Of a stretch of DNA of 39,434 nucleotides, positions 1 to 10,211 are shown piece by piece. The notes under the pieces were generated by a model that was not told the DNA's origin, searched no databases, and was given only the letters and a program-made list of their open reading frames with translations. Source of the stretch: a virus (Duplodnaviria; Caudoviricetes); IMG/VR virus record IMGVR_UViG_3300020221_000045, positions 1-39,434 of that record. One strand, 5' to 3'. Both the position numbers and the translations under genes were made by a program. Numbering within the stretch: position 1 is the first letter of the stretch; each line of letters begins with the position of its first letter.

Positions 1-417
1 CCATATAATTTAGATGTAAGTTTATATTGTATATCAAAGACTACAGAAGATGGTTTACAAATAATAGAACAAATTTTACCTTATTTTACGCCAGACTTCA
101 CAATGAGTATTCAATCAATGAAAACTCCATTGGATATAGTGAGTGATGTACCGATAACACTTCAAAGTGTCACATTTACTGATGAATATGATGGTTCATT
201 TGATACTAGAAGATTTGTGACTTGGACATTAGCATTCCAATTAAAGATAAATCTTTTTGGATATGTAAATCCAGATGGTAAAATTATTTCAAAAGTGATT
301 GTAGATATAGGCAATCCTGATGAACAGTTTACAGTAATTGGCAACCTAAATACAGGTGGAATTACAAGTGAAACGTGGGAACAAATATTTAAAACATCAC
401 AATTTGATATTAAATAA
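1..417 (+). CDS. gp15: Tail sheath stabilizer / tail completion protein gp15, 5'-truncated
   Basis: Frame is open from base 1 (PYNLDVSLYCISKTTEDGLQIIEQILPYFTPDF...), which matches the T4-like gp15 motif 'QIIEQILPYF.P'. It lies upstream of the terminase gene. Confidence 0.85.
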   Translation, partial: PYNLDVSLYCISKTTEDGLQIIEQILPYFTPDFTMSIQSMKTPLDIVSDVPITLQSVTFTDEYDGSFDTRRFVTWTLAFQLKINLFGYVNPDGKIISKVIVDIGNPDEQFTVIGNLNTGGITSETWEQIFKTSQFDIK

Positions 418-430
418 AGGAAAATAAAAT

Positions 431-1357
431 ATGGCAAAACAAACAGTAAACGTTGGAGCATCACCAAACGATGGTACAGGTAATACCTTACGTGATGGTG
501 GCGTAAAGATCAACTCTAATTTTACAGAACTTTATGATGGTCTTGGAGGAAACACAATTAGACTTGCTATTCCTGCTGGTGCTATTACTAATGGTTCTAC
601 ACTAAAATTTGATGGAACAAATTTTGTTCCAAATACAGATATTGACACAAATACTACTTATGCAATCAGTGCTGAGACTGTAGCGAGTGGTGCAAAACTT
701 CGTCTATCAGGTTCAGATGCAACTACTGATGATGTATCTATCTTATCTGCAAATGCTGGTTTAACAATTACTCGTACAGATGCGAGCACAATTACTGTCA
801 CCAACAATAACGCAACACCTATAACATACTCTATCGATGTTGCAGCTATTCAAGCTGGTGCAAGAGATTTACAATTAACTGGATCAAATGCTTCACTTTC
901 TACTGTAAGAATAATTGCTGGAACAGGTTTAACAATTTCTAACCCAACAAGCAATGCAGTTGAATTAACTGCGTTAGTTCAATCAGTAAATGGTTCAACA
1001 GGAGCAATTGAGACAAGAAGAACTTATATATTAGGTGGTGCAGGAACCACAGATTATACAGTCACTGGTCCAGGATTACTAACAGCTGGTGAAGGAGATC
1101 CAGACATTATTGCTCAAAGAGGTGAAACGATTCGTATAACAAATACAAGATCAGGTCAAATAGTTGAAGTTTTAACTGCAGCAAACGCAATACCTGCAGG
1201 TGATTATATTTCATCAACGAATGCAACTGCGAATATAGCAGATCAAAACCAAACTATTACATTTAAAATTCCTATGACTGCAGCAACTGGAAATTCATTT
1301 AAATATCGTAGTCAGACTAATCCAGCAACAATGTTAGGAAACATAGTAGTTATTTAA
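431..1357 (+). CDS. Virion structural protein (baseplate wedge/fibre-connector-type N-terminus, two internal repeats, degenerate cupredoxin-like C-terminus)
   Basis: N-terminus MAKQTVNVGASPNDGTGNTLRDGGVKINSNFTELY is the T4 gp9/gp10-type 'DGTGD.LR.GG.KIN.NF.E.Y' motif. The protein is Thr/Gly/Ala-rich and has an AAGG RBS. Confidence 0.7.
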   Translation: MAKQTVNVGASPNDGTGNTLRDGGVKINSNFTELYDGLGGNTIRLAIPAGAITNGSTLKFDGTNFVPNTDIDTNTTYAISAETVASGAKLRLSGSDATTDDVSILSANAGLTITRTDASTITVTNNNATPITYSIDVAAIQAGARDLQLTGSNASLSTVRIIAGTGLTISNPTSNAVELTALVQSVNGSTGAIETRRTYILGGAGTTDYTVTGPGLLTAGEGDPDIIAQRGETIRITNTRSGQIVEVLTAANAIPAGDYISSTNATANIADQNQTITFKIPMTAATGNSFKYRSQTNPATMLGNIVVI

Positions 1358-1374
1358 TCATAAGGTGGTGGCGA

Positions 1375-2958
1375 ATGCCAAGCAATTTTTATAATGCAAA
1401 TGCTGCTTTAAAAGCAGTTGGTGTTAAGATAAAATTTACAAAGCAAGAGGTTCAAGAGTACCTCAAATGTAAAGAAGATCCTATTTACTTTATTGAAAAT
1501 TATTGTAAAATAGTTTCATTAGATTTAGGATTAATTCCTTTTGCTTTATACGATTGTCAAAAAGAAAAAGTTAAGATTATAATGAACAATCGTAAAGTGA
1601 TATTAATGGAGGGAAGACAGCAAGGAAAAACAATTACATCTGCTGCTTGTATTCTTCATTATACACTTTTTACTGATAATGTCACAGTTGCTATTCTTGC
1701 GAATAAACAAAGTACTGCAAGAGAAGTTTTAGATCGTTATCAGTTAATGTATGAAAATTTACCAATTTGGCTTCAACAAGGTGTTGTCGTTTGGAATAAA
1801 GGTGATATAGAATTAGAAAATGGAAGTAAAGTATTTTCATCTGCAACCACAGCAAGTGCGATACGTGGTAAGTCAGTTAATTGGCTATATGTAGATGAAG
1901 CTGCAATTATACCAAACCAAATTGCAGATGAGTTTTTTACTTCAGTTTATCCTACAATTATGGCAGGAGAAACTACAAAGATATTATTAAGTTCTACACC
2001 TTTGGGATATAATCATTTTTGGAAATTTTGGAATGATTCAGTAAATAATAAAAATGGATTTACAAATCTTTTCATTCCATATAATAGAATTCCTGGAAGA
2101 GATAAAGTTTGGGCTGAAGCACAAAGAAGATTACTTGGAGATGTAAAATTTAATCAAGAAATTCTTTGTGAGTTTTTAGGAAGTACACTTACATTAATTA
2201 ATGGTGAAACATTAAGAACACTTTCGCCAAAACCATATATCTATTCTAAAGATGGATTAGATATATTAGAAGCAGCAAACCCTAAAAACAAATATGTTAT
2301 AGTGGTTGATGTAAGTAAAGGTAGTGGAAGAGATTATAGTGCATTTACTATATTTGATATAACTGAATTGCCATATAAAGTAGTTGGCAAGTATCGTTCA
2401 AATATGATTAGTCCTTTATTGTATCCAACAATAATTGATAAAATTGGTAAACAATATAATAAAGCATTCGTTCTTGTTGAGATTAATAGTGGTGAAACAG
2501 TTCCATATATTTTACATAATGAATTAGAATATGAAAATATTGTTTTTGTAACAAGAGATAAAACTGGTCAAAAGATTTCTAGTGGATTTGGAAATACATC
2601 AAATACACTAGGTGTGACAACTGATGTAGCAGTAAAACGCAAAGGTTGTTCCACATTAAAAGCAATGATTGAAAATAATAGTTTATTAATTTTTGATTCA
2701 ACTATTATTAATGAGTTAAGCACCTTTATCAGTAAAAATGGTTATTATTCGGCTGATGAAGGATACAATGATGATTTGGTAATGACTTGTGTACTTTTTG
2801 CTTGGTTTACAGGAGATCCTTATTTTAGGGAAATTACCGATGTAAACATAAGAAAAGAGTTATATAAGCAACAAATAAAAGAAATAGAAGAAGAATTGAC
2901 TCCTTTCGGTGTCATTAATGATGGTATAGAAAGAGATAACAATCCTTCAAATTTTTGA
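1375..2958 (+). CDS. gp17: Terminase large subunit
   Basis: Walker A GRQQGKT, Walker B LYVDEAA, motif SSTPLGYNHF, nuclease motifs VVDVSKG..DYSA and GYNDDLVM. Confidence 0.97.
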   Translation: MPSNFYNANAALKAVGVKIKFTKQEVQEYLKCKEDPIYFIENYCKIVSLDLGLIPFALYDCQKEKVKIIMNNRKVILMEGRQQGKTITSAACILHYTLFTDNVTVAILANKQSTAREVLDRYQLMYENLPIWLQQGVVVWNKGDIELENGSKVFSSATTASAIRGKSVNWLYVDEAAIIPNQIADEFFTSVYPTIMAGETTKILLSSTPLGYNHFWKFWNDSVNNKNGFTNLFIPYNRIPGRDKVWAEAQRRLLGDVKFNQEILCEFLGSTLTLINGETLRTLSPKPYIYSKDGLDILEAANPKNKYVIVVDVSKGSGRDYSAFTIFDITELPYKVVGKYRSNMISPLLYPTIIDKIGKQYNKAFVLVEINSGETVPYILHNELEYENIVFVTRDKTGQKISSGFGNTSNTLGVTTDVAVKRKGCSTLKAMIENNSLLIFDSTIINELSTFISKNGYYSADEGYNDDLVMTCVLFAWFTGDPYFREITDVNIRKELYKQQIKEIEEELTPFGVINDGIERDNNPSNF

Positions 2959-2963
2959 AAAAA

Positions 2964-2970
2964 CTAAATA
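2964..2970 (+). promoter_or_regulatory. Putative late (gp55-dependent) promoter CTAAATA
   Basis: AAACTAAATA in the gp17-gp18 intergenic region. It is a variant of the T4 late TATAAATA, and the same motif occurs before gp22 and gp3. Confidence 0.65.
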
Positions 2971-3031
2971 AGTAAGAGAAAAAGCGTATTTATTCAAAAA
3001 TATGCGAATAACGTAAATAGGAGAGAGCAAG

Positions 3032-4741
3032 ATGGCATTCCAATTAAGTCCAGGAGTAGTTGTCACAGAAAAAGACTTCACGAGTATAGTTCCTAATGTA
3101 GCCACAAGTGCAGGTGCATTTGTAGGTAAGTTTGCATGGGGACCAATCGAAGATCCTGTACAAATTACATCAGAAAACGAATTAGTAGAAAGATTTGCTG
3201 GTCCAAATGATTCTAACTTTGAATCATTTTTCACTGCAGCTAACTTTTTATCATACTCGAATAATCTATTTGTTGTCCGTGGAAATGGTTCAACCGATAG
3301 AAATGCAGTAATATCTGGAACTGCAGTTAAAATTAAAAATTCACAAGATTATCTAGCTTCATATTCAGCAGGTCAAGGAACAGTAGGTTCTTTTGCTGCT
3401 AAATGGGCAGGTTCATTAGGTAATTCCTTAAAAGTATCATTAGTCGATAAATCAACTTTTTCAGGTTGGACATACGAATCAAGTTTCGATAGATCACCTG
3501 ACACATCTGCATGGGCTACTTCGAATGGAGTATCAAATGATGAATTACATTTTATCGTAATTGATGAAGATGGTGCATTTACAGGAACAGCAGGATCTGT
3601 ATTAGAAAAATTTGATCATCTTTCAAAAGCATTAGGTGCTAAGAAGTCAGATGGTTCAAATAATTTTTATAAAGATGTAATCAACGCAAATTCAAAATAT
3701 ATATGGTGGATGGATCATCCTACAACAGTGGCAGAAGTCAATAATGTGGCTAACGCAAGTGCTGTTGATTGGGGAACTGCTCCAGCGAATCAACCTTACA
3801 AAGACATCACAGCAGTATTAAATAGCTCTCTCGTTTCTGGTGCTGATGACTATGCAGGTGTATCCGCAGGAAACATCCAAACCGCATTTAACTTATTCGC
3901 AAGCGATCAATATGATATATCACTAGTGATTCTAGGAAAAGCTACAGCAGCAACAGCAACATTTGTAATTAATAATATTGTTGAAGTAAGAAAAGACTGT
4001 GTTGCTTTCATTTCTCCTGAGAAGGCAGCAGGTGGTTTTATATCTGATTCAGACGCATCTCCAGTAGCTGATATTATAACATATAGAAATGCACTTCCAA
4101 GTACTTCTTATGCTATATTAGATTCTGGTTATAAATTCCAGTACGATAGATATAACGACAGATATCGTTATGTACCATTAAATGGTGATCTTGCTGGTTT
4201 ATGCGCAAGAACAGACTATGCTCAAGATCCATGGTATTCACCAGCAGGATCAAACAGAGGTCAAGTTAAGAATGTTGTTAAATTAGCATTCAATCCTAAT
4301 AAGACTCAAAGAGATAGTTTGTATCAAAAAGGTGTCAATCCAGTAGTGACATTTCCTGGACAAGGAACTCAACTATTTGGTGACAAGACTCTATTAGCAG
4401 CACCAAGTGCTTTTGATAGAATCAATGTACGAAGATTATTCATAGTGTTAGAGAAGTCAATTGCAATTGCTGCAAAAGGTCAATTGTTTGAATTCAATGA
4501 TTCTTTCACTCGTGCTCAATTTAAAAATCAAATTGAACCATTCTTAAGAGACGTACAAGGTCGTCGTGGTATCACTGATTTCAGAGTTGTGTGTGATGAA
4601 ACAAATAACACTGCTGAAGTAATAGACAAAAATGAATTTGTAGCAAACATTTTCATTAAACCAAATCGCTCAATCAACTTCATTAATTTAACATTTGTTG
4701 CAGCAAGATCAGGTGTTAATTTTAGTGAAATAGGTGGATAA
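3032..4741 (+). CDS. gp18: Contractile tail sheath protein
   Basis: MAFQLSPGVVVTEKD, FAWGP, PW.SPAG.NRG, FDRINVRRLF, LFEFND.FTR motifs, with a GGAG RBS. Confidence 0.97.
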   Translation: MAFQLSPGVVVTEKDFTSIVPNVATSAGAFVGKFAWGPIEDPVQITSENELVERFAGPNDSNFESFFTAANFLSYSNNLFVVRGNGSTDRNAVISGTAVKIKNSQDYLASYSAGQGTVGSFAAKWAGSLGNSLKVSLVDKSTFSGWTYESSFDRSPDTSAWATSNGVSNDELHFIVIDEDGAFTGTAGSVLEKFDHLSKALGAKKSDGSNNFYKDVINANSKYIWWMDHPTTVAEVNNVANASAVDWGTAPANQPYKDITAVLNSSLVSGADDYAGVSAGNIQTAFNLFASDQYDISLVILGKATAATATFVINNIVEVRKDCVAFISPEKAAGGFISDSDASPVADIITYRNALPSTSYAILDSGYKFQYDRYNDRYRYVPLNGDLAGLCARTDYAQDPWYSPAGSNRGQVKNVVKLAFNPNKTQRDSLYQKGVNPVVTFPGQGTQLFGDKTLLAAPSAFDRINVRRLFIVLEKSIAIAAKGQLFEFNDSFTRAQFKNQIEPFLRDVQGRRGITDFRVVCDETNNTAEVIDKNEFVANIFIKPNRSINFINLTFVAARSGVNFSEIGG

Positions 4742-4757
4742 GAATAGGAGAATATAA

Positions 4758-5351
4758 ATGGCTGATATAGCAGACTTTAAAGCACAAATGACTGGTGGCG
4801 GTGCACGTCCCAATCAGTTCCGTGTTGAATTAATTTTCCCTAGCTACGTTGTTGCAGGGATTTTGGCTTCAGCACAAGCACAATTTTTATGTAAAGCAGC
4901 ACAATTACCTGCTTCAACAATAGAGAACATTCCAGTTCAATATCGTGGAAGAGCAGTTAATTTCGCTGGAGAAAGAACATTTGCTCCATGGACTGTCACA
5001 ATTTATAACGATACTAATTTTAATATTAGAAATGCGATGGAAAGATGGTCAAATGGTATTCAAAATTATCAAACAACAAATGGAAGAGTTAATCCAAGAG
5101 ATTATCAAACAGATTTAGTTGTTCGTCAATTAGATCGTTCAGGTGCAATTATTAAATCATATCGTTTTGTTGATGCTTTCCCAATTTCTATTGGTGTAGT
5201 TCAATTAGACTATGATACTACAAATGCAGTTGAAACATTTGATGTTGAGTTTCAATATAACTACTTTGATAGTGATACAGCAAGTCGTGATGGTGTTGGA
5301 GTTAATATCTCTATTGATACACCAGTGGGTTCGTTCCCAATTAGAATATAA
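4758..5351 (+). CDS. gp19: Tail tube protein
   Basis: GGGARPNQF, FLCKAAQLPAS, YRGR..FAGERTF.PWTVT motifs. Follows gp18 and has an AGGAG RBS. Confidence 0.95.
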   Translation: MADIADFKAQMTGGGARPNQFRVELIFPSYVVAGILASAQAQFLCKAAQLPASTIENIPVQYRGRAVNFAGERTFAPWTVTIYNDTNFNIRNAMERWSNGIQNYQTTNGRVNPRDYQTDLVVRQLDRSGAIIKSYRFVDAFPISIGVVQLDYDTTNAVETFDVEFQYNYFDSDTASRDGVGVNISIDTPVGSFPIRI

Positions 5352-5381
5352 TAACAGAGTAGAGATACTCGGAAATAGATT

Positions 5382-6947
5382 ATGGCAGAATTATTTGGAT
5401 TTGAGATAAAAAGAAAAACACCGAAAAAAGAAGTACAATCGGTAGTGATTCCCTCTAATTTAGATGGGAGTACAGTTGTTTCTGATGCATCAGCATATTA
5501 TGGTTTAACACTTGATTTAGATGCAAGTATAAAAGGAGAAAACGATTTAATTAAAAGATATCGTGAAGTCTCTTATTATCCAGATGCAGATAATGCAATT
5601 GAAGATATAGTGAATGAATCAATTGTTCTTGATTCGCAACGACTTTCTCTTGATGTAGTATTAGATGATTTAAAAGCATCAGATACAATCAAAGAAGCTA
5701 TAAGAAAAGAGTTTGAACAAGTTTATAAACTTTTAACTTTTGATATAAAAGGACATGATATATTTCGTACATGGTATGTTGATGGAAGACTATACTATCA
5801 TATAGTTGTAGATCCAAAAAATACTAAAAGCGGAATTAATGAATTAAGATACATAGATCCTCGTAAAATACGAAAGATTAAAAATTATAAAAAAGAAAAA
5901 AATGATAAAGGTGTTGATGTAGTAAAAGAAATTGAAGAATACTACATTTATAATGATAAAGGTATTACAGATAGTTTAGCAACAGGAATCAAATTATCTT
6001 TAGATTCAGTTGTGTTTTGTCCATCTGGATTGACTGATTTAAATTCTGGTATGATATTATCGCATTTACATAAAGCGATAAAACCAGTAAATCAATTAAA
6101 GATGGTCGAAGATTCTGTGGTGATATATCGTTTATCAAGAGCACCTGAAAGAAGAATATTTTATATTGATGTTGGTAATTTACCAAAGCTAAAAGCAGAG
6201 CAATACGTTAATGATATTATGAACAAATTTAGAAATAAAGTTGTTTATGATGCATCAACTGGTGAAGTACGAGATGATCGTAAGCATATGTCAATGCTTG
6301 AAGATTTTTGGATGCCGAGAAGAGAGGGTGGTAGAGGAACTGAAATTACTACACTCCAAGGTGGACAAAATTTAGGTGAAATAGCTGACGTACAATATTT
6401 TCAAAGAAAATTATATCAATCTTTAAATGTACCAATTTCTAGATTGATGACTGAAACAGGTTTTAATTTAGGAAGAGCAAGTGAAATATCTCGTGATGAA
6501 TTAAACTTTCAAAAGTTTATTGATCGTTTAAGAAGAAAATTTAGTTCATTATTTTATAGTATTTTAAGAGTACAATTAATTCTAAAAGGAATTATAAAAG
6601 ATCAAGAGTGGGAACAATTTTCTCAAGATATACGTTTTGATTTTTTAAGAGATAATTTCTTTACTGAATTAAAAGAAAATGAAATATTGGCTCAAAGAAT
6701 TAATATGTTAAGTTCTATTGAGCAATACATTGGAAAATATTACAGTGTAAATTGGGTGCGTAAGAATATTCTTCGTCAAACTGAAGATGATATAACTAAG
6801 AATGACAAAGAAATAGCAGGTGAGCAAGATAAACTACAAGATTTAAAAGTAGCTCAAACTGCTGAAACAGATGATGAAGCAATAGATGCTAAACAAGATG
6901 AAATTGATCTTGAAACACCTATTACTGATGAACCAGAAAAGGAATAA
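5382..6947 (+). CDS. gp20: Portal vertex protein
   Basis: WYVDGRLYYH, YIDPRKI, YRLSRAPERRIFYIDVGNLPK.KAEQY, MLEDFWMPRREGGRGTEITTL.GGQNLGE motifs. Confidence 0.97.
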   Translation: MAELFGFEIKRKTPKKEVQSVVIPSNLDGSTVVSDASAYYGLTLDLDASIKGENDLIKRYREVSYYPDADNAIEDIVNESIVLDSQRLSLDVVLDDLKASDTIKEAIRKEFEQVYKLLTFDIKGHDIFRTWYVDGRLYYHIVVDPKNTKSGINELRYIDPRKIRKIKNYKKEKNDKGVDVVKEIEEYYIYNDKGITDSLATGIKLSLDSVVFCPSGLTDLNSGMILSHLHKAIKPVNQLKMVEDSVVIYRLSRAPERRIFYIDVGNLPKLKAEQYVNDIMNKFRNKVVYDASTGEVRDDRKHMSMLEDFWMPRREGGRGTEITTLQGGQNLGEIADVQYFQRKLYQSLNVPISRLMTETGFNLGRASEISRDELNFQKFIDRLRRKFSSLFYSILRVQLILKGIIKDQEWEQFSQDIRFDFLRDNFFTELKENEILAQRINMLSSIEQYIGKYYSVNWVRKNILRQTEDDITKNDKEIAGEQDKLQDLKVAQTAETDDEAIDAKQDEIDLETPITDEPEKE

Positions 6948-6950
6948 TTT

Positions 6951-7454
6951 GTGAATATAAAAACTAAAATTAAAGACTTAATTGATAATATTGAAATAGG
7001 AAATGCTGAAGCAATCAATGGATCATTTTCAACAGTGATGGCTGAAAAAGTATCAGCTCGATTAGATAGTATGAAAAAAGAAGTTGCAAGCACAATATTT
7101 AAAGATGAAATAACTAGCATTGATGAAGGAATGTTTAAGAATATGGCGATAGATTTAAAAGATGTATCAGCTGATGATTTTTATAACAAATATAAAATAA
7201 CAAAGGCAGATGCAATGCGTAAGTATGGAAAAAGTAAAAACCCTGCAGCTTCTTGGCTAGGTGATAAAAAAGGTGATTATTCCTCACCTGAAGTTAAAGC
7301 AAAGCTTGTTAAGCAGGCAAAAGACAGAGTTGCTTATGCAGCTAAACATAAGGTTTATGATCCTCATGCAGATTCAGAGGCTGGTAAACATGGGATCTCT
7401 AAATCTGAGATAAAAGCTATTAAACAAAAGCCAGATCAACATCTGAGTAAGTAG
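6951..7454 (+). CDS. Prohead core protein gp67-like with C-terminal extension
   Basis: Directly after gp20, with a GTG start. The N-terminal ~55 aa (LIDNI..GN......F...MAEKVS..LD..KKEVAS.IF) resemble T4-like gp67. Confidence 0.55.
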   Translation: MNIKTKIKDLIDNIEIGNAEAINGSFSTVMAEKVSARLDSMKKEVASTIFKDEITSIDEGMFKNMAIDLKDVSADDFYNKYKITKADAMRKYGKSKNPAASWLGDKKGDYSSPEVKAKLVKQAKDRVAYAAKHKVYDPHADSEAGKHGISKSEIKAIKQKPDQHLSK

Positions 7455-7496
7455 TAATGTTGAAGGATAAGAAAACTAATTAAGGAGTTTAACTAA

Positions 7497-7919
7497 ATGG
7501 CAGTCACAAAGACTATATTGAAGAAATCGAAAAATGAAGTTGTAGTAAAATTTGCTAACACTAGCGGTTCAAACCAATCATCTACTTTCGATTTAGATGT
7601 TGATGCATTATTAAGTACAGAAGTCATTGAAGGTACAGTAAAAGTTAATATTGTAGCAATGTCTTTTTCTGGTATTAGTGGATCTAGTTTTCAACTATCA
7701 AGAAATAGTGTAGGAATATTTGCAGCAACTTGTGACCAACCACATCAGTTTTATTTTGACGGATTTGTTGATGGGATTGGCAATACACACGATATAGTTT
7801 GTACTATGAATGGCGAATCATATGTTTATTTAACACTGCGTAAGAATTCAGGATTTGAAACTAAAATAGAGACAGCACAGTTTGGTTCTTATGATGATCC
7901 AACTGCTAGAGGTAGTTAA
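7497..7919 (+). CDS. Hypothetical protein in head module, probably structural
   Basis: Strong AAGGAG RBS, beta-rich composition, located between the gp67-like gene and gp21. Confidence 0.6.
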   Translation: MAVTKTILKKSKNEVVVKFANTSGSNQSSTFDLDVDALLSTEVIEGTVKVNIVAMSFSGISGSSFQLSRNSVGIFAATCDQPHQFYFDGFVDGIGNTHDIVCTMNGESYVYLTLRKNSGFETKIETAQFGSYDDPTARGS

Positions 7920-7923
7920 TTAA

Positions 7924-8577
7924 ATGAAGCTTATAAGAGAATTTACAGAATCAGTAAAATATTTAATTTCGGGAGATAATACACAAGGTAAGAATTACTT
8001 TATTGAAGGAGTATTTTTACAAGGTGAAATTAAAAATCGAAATGGTAGAGTATATCCTATGGAAGTTATGAAAAAAGAAGTTGAAAGATATACAAAGGAA
8101 AGTATTGAAAAGAATCGTGCGTATGGAGAATTAGGACATCCTGATTCACCAACTATCAATCTAGATAGAGTATCGCATATGATTAAAGAGTTAAAACTTG
8201 ATGGAAACAATTACATCGGTAAAGCTAAAATTATGGATACTCCTTATGGCAAAATCGTTAAAAGTTTAATTGACGAGGGAGCAAATTTAGGAGTTTCTTC
8301 AAGAGGGATGGGTACTTTGAGGGCTAAAAACGATGGAACACAACTTGTACAGGATGACTTTATGCTTGCTACAGCAGGTGATATAGTTGCCGATCCTTCA
8401 GCACCAGACGCATTTGTTCGTGGTGTTATGGAAGGAAAAGAGTGGGTGTTCGTTGATGGTAAATTCATTGAGAAAGATATCGAACAAGTAAGAAGAGAAA
8501 TAGCTAGTACAAATCGTATAGCACTTGCTGAAGCCCAAGCATTACAGTTCGCTAAATTTCTTGAAAAGATAAAATAA
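7924..8577 (+). CDS. gp21: Prohead protease
   Basis: MKLIRE, IEGVFLQ, NRNGRVYP, GELGHP, NLDRVSH, GVSSRGMG, DIVADPSAPDAFV motifs. Confidence 0.97.
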   Translation: MKLIREFTESVKYLISGDNTQGKNYFIEGVFLQGEIKNRNGRVYPMEVMKKEVERYTKESIEKNRAYGELGHPDSPTINLDRVSHMIKELKLDGNNYIGKAKIMDTPYGKIVKSLIDEGANLGVSSRGMGTLRAKNDGTQLVQDDFMLATAGDIVADPSAPDAFVRGVMEGKEWVFVDGKFIEKDIEQVRREIASTNRIALAEAQALQFAKFLEKIK

Positions 8578-8584
8578 CTAAATA
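8578..8584 (+). promoter_or_regulatory. Putative late promoter CTAAATA upstream of gp22-gp23
   Basis: TAACTAAATA immediately after the gp21 stop codon. Confidence 0.65.
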
Positions 8585-8628
8585 TGAATGGAAAACCATT
8601 CTTTTACACGAAAAATTAGGAGAAAAAA

Positions 8629-10191
8629 ATGAAGATTGAAGAAACAATTGCAAAGCTACTCGCTGAAGCGAAAACTGCTAAAGCAATTATATCTGAACAA
8701 GATAAAGAAGGATCTGCTTATGCTATTGGTATGGCAAAGGCAAAAAAGATTACAGGTGATGAACCACCTCTTGAAAAAGAAACAATTAAGAAAGCACACG
8801 AAATTGCTAAAAGTATTCTGAAAAAAGAAGAAACAGAAGAAGAAAAGAAAAAAAGAGAAGAAGAAGAAAAAGCAAAAGCAGAAGCTGAAAAGGCATCTAT
8901 GAAATCTGAATCAGAAGCGACTCCTAACGCAGATGATAAGAAAAAAGAAGATGATAAGAAAAAAGAAGATGTAAAAGAAAAAGAAATGACTGACGACGAA
9001 AAGAAAAAAGCTGAAGATGAAAAGTCTAAAGAAGTTAAAGAATTAACAGACAAGCAAAAAACTTTACCACCTGAATTGCAAAAAGCAATTAAGGATAAAG
9101 AAGAGAAAGATGCTGTTAAGAAAGAAGAGACTGAAGAAGAAAAAGCTAAAAAAGAAGCAGAAGCGAAAGCTAAAGCTGAAAAAGAAAAAGAAGCAGTCAA
9201 ATCAGAGTCTGAAGATAAAGAAGATAAAAAAGACGAAGATGAAAAAGATGAAGACAAAAAAGAAATGAAATCTGAGTCTGAAGATAAAGAAGAAGATAAA
9301 AAAGATGATGAAAAGAAAGAAGACGAAAAAGAAGTGAAATCTGAATCTGATGATGAAGAAGAAAAAATTAAAGACAAAGATAAAAAAGAAAAAGACGAAA
9401 TTAAAGTCAACGAAACAGTAAAAGAAACTGTATCAGTTGATGTATCAGCTGATGTTGAAGCACTTTTAAAAGGCGAAACATTATCTGAGGATTTTAAAAC
9501 TAAAGCAAGAATAATATTCGAAAACGTAGTAATCAATCGTGTTAAGACAGAGATTGCTCGTATTTCAAATGAATTGACTGCTTTTAATGCTAAAAACATG
9601 ACAGCAATCAAAGAGAGCCTAATTGATAAAGTTGATGGATATCTCAGCTATGTAGTTGAGCAGTGGATCTTACAGAATGAAATTGCTCTTGAATCTGGTA
9701 TTAAGAATGAAATCCTAGAAGAATTCATTGGTGGTTTAAGAAATCTATTCGAAGACCATTATATTGAAGTACCGAATGAAAGATTTGACGTATTAACAGA
9801 TCTTTCGGATCAACTTAATACTACCAAGAAAAAACTTGATGAAGCAATGTCAGAGAATGCTAAAATCACAAAAGCATTCAGTGATTTACGAAAAAATGAA
9901 ATCATATCTGCAGCTTCAAAAGATCTAGTTTCAACTGATTCAGAAAAATTAAGAGGACTATGTGAAGAACTATCCTTTGAAGATTCTGATTCATTTGAGA
10001 AAAAAGTACAGACAATAAAGAATAATTATTTTTCAGTATTGTCTCAAACCAACAACTCAACAGTGGCAAAGACCATTGTTGATTCAATTGTGACTGATGA
10101 GCCAGTCGTTGTAAACGAGTCAACTAAGATAGTTGATACTAAGATAGCTGCATACGCAGATCTACTTACTCGCTCGAAGAAACAGATTTAA
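8629..10191 (+). CDS. gp22: Prohead core scaffold protein with long K/E/D-rich insertion
   Basis: C-terminal half DVEALL.GE.LSEDFK.KA..IFE, KVDGYLSYVVEQW..NE.A.E.GIK.EI.E.FI.GL..LF..HYIEVP is the gp22 core. Lies between gp21 and gp23. Confidence 0.9.
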   Translation: MKIEETIAKLLAEAKTAKAIISEQDKEGSAYAIGMAKAKKITGDEPPLEKETIKKAHEIAKSILKKEETEEEKKKREEEEKAKAEAEKASMKSESEATPNADDKKKEDDKKKEDVKEKEMTDDEKKKAEDEKSKEVKELTDKQKTLPPELQKAIKDKEEKDAVKKEETEEEKAKKEAEAKAKAEKEKEAVKSESEDKEDKKDEDEKDEDKKEMKSESEDKEEDKKDDEKKEDEKEVKSESDDEEEKIKDKDKKEKDEIKVNETVKETVSVDVSADVEALLKGETLSEDFKTKARIIFENVVINRVKTEIARISNELTAFNAKNMTAIKESLIDKVDGYLSYVVEQWILQNEIALESGIKNEILEEFIGGLRNLFEDHYIEVPNERFDVLTDLSDQLNTTKKKLDEAMSENAKITKAFSDLRKNEIISAASKDLVSTDSEKLRGLCEELSFEDSDSFEKKVQTIKNNYFSVLSQTNNSTVAKTIVDSIVTDEPVVVNESTKIVDTKIAAYADLLTRSKKQI

Positions 10192-10211
10192 CAATAATAT
10201 AGGAGAATAAC

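Noticed and set aside
8718-9611. 297-aa minus-strand Ser/Phe-rich ORF
   Set aside because: It is the antisense shadow of the GAA/AAA/GAT-rich gp22 segment, which lacks reverse stop codons.
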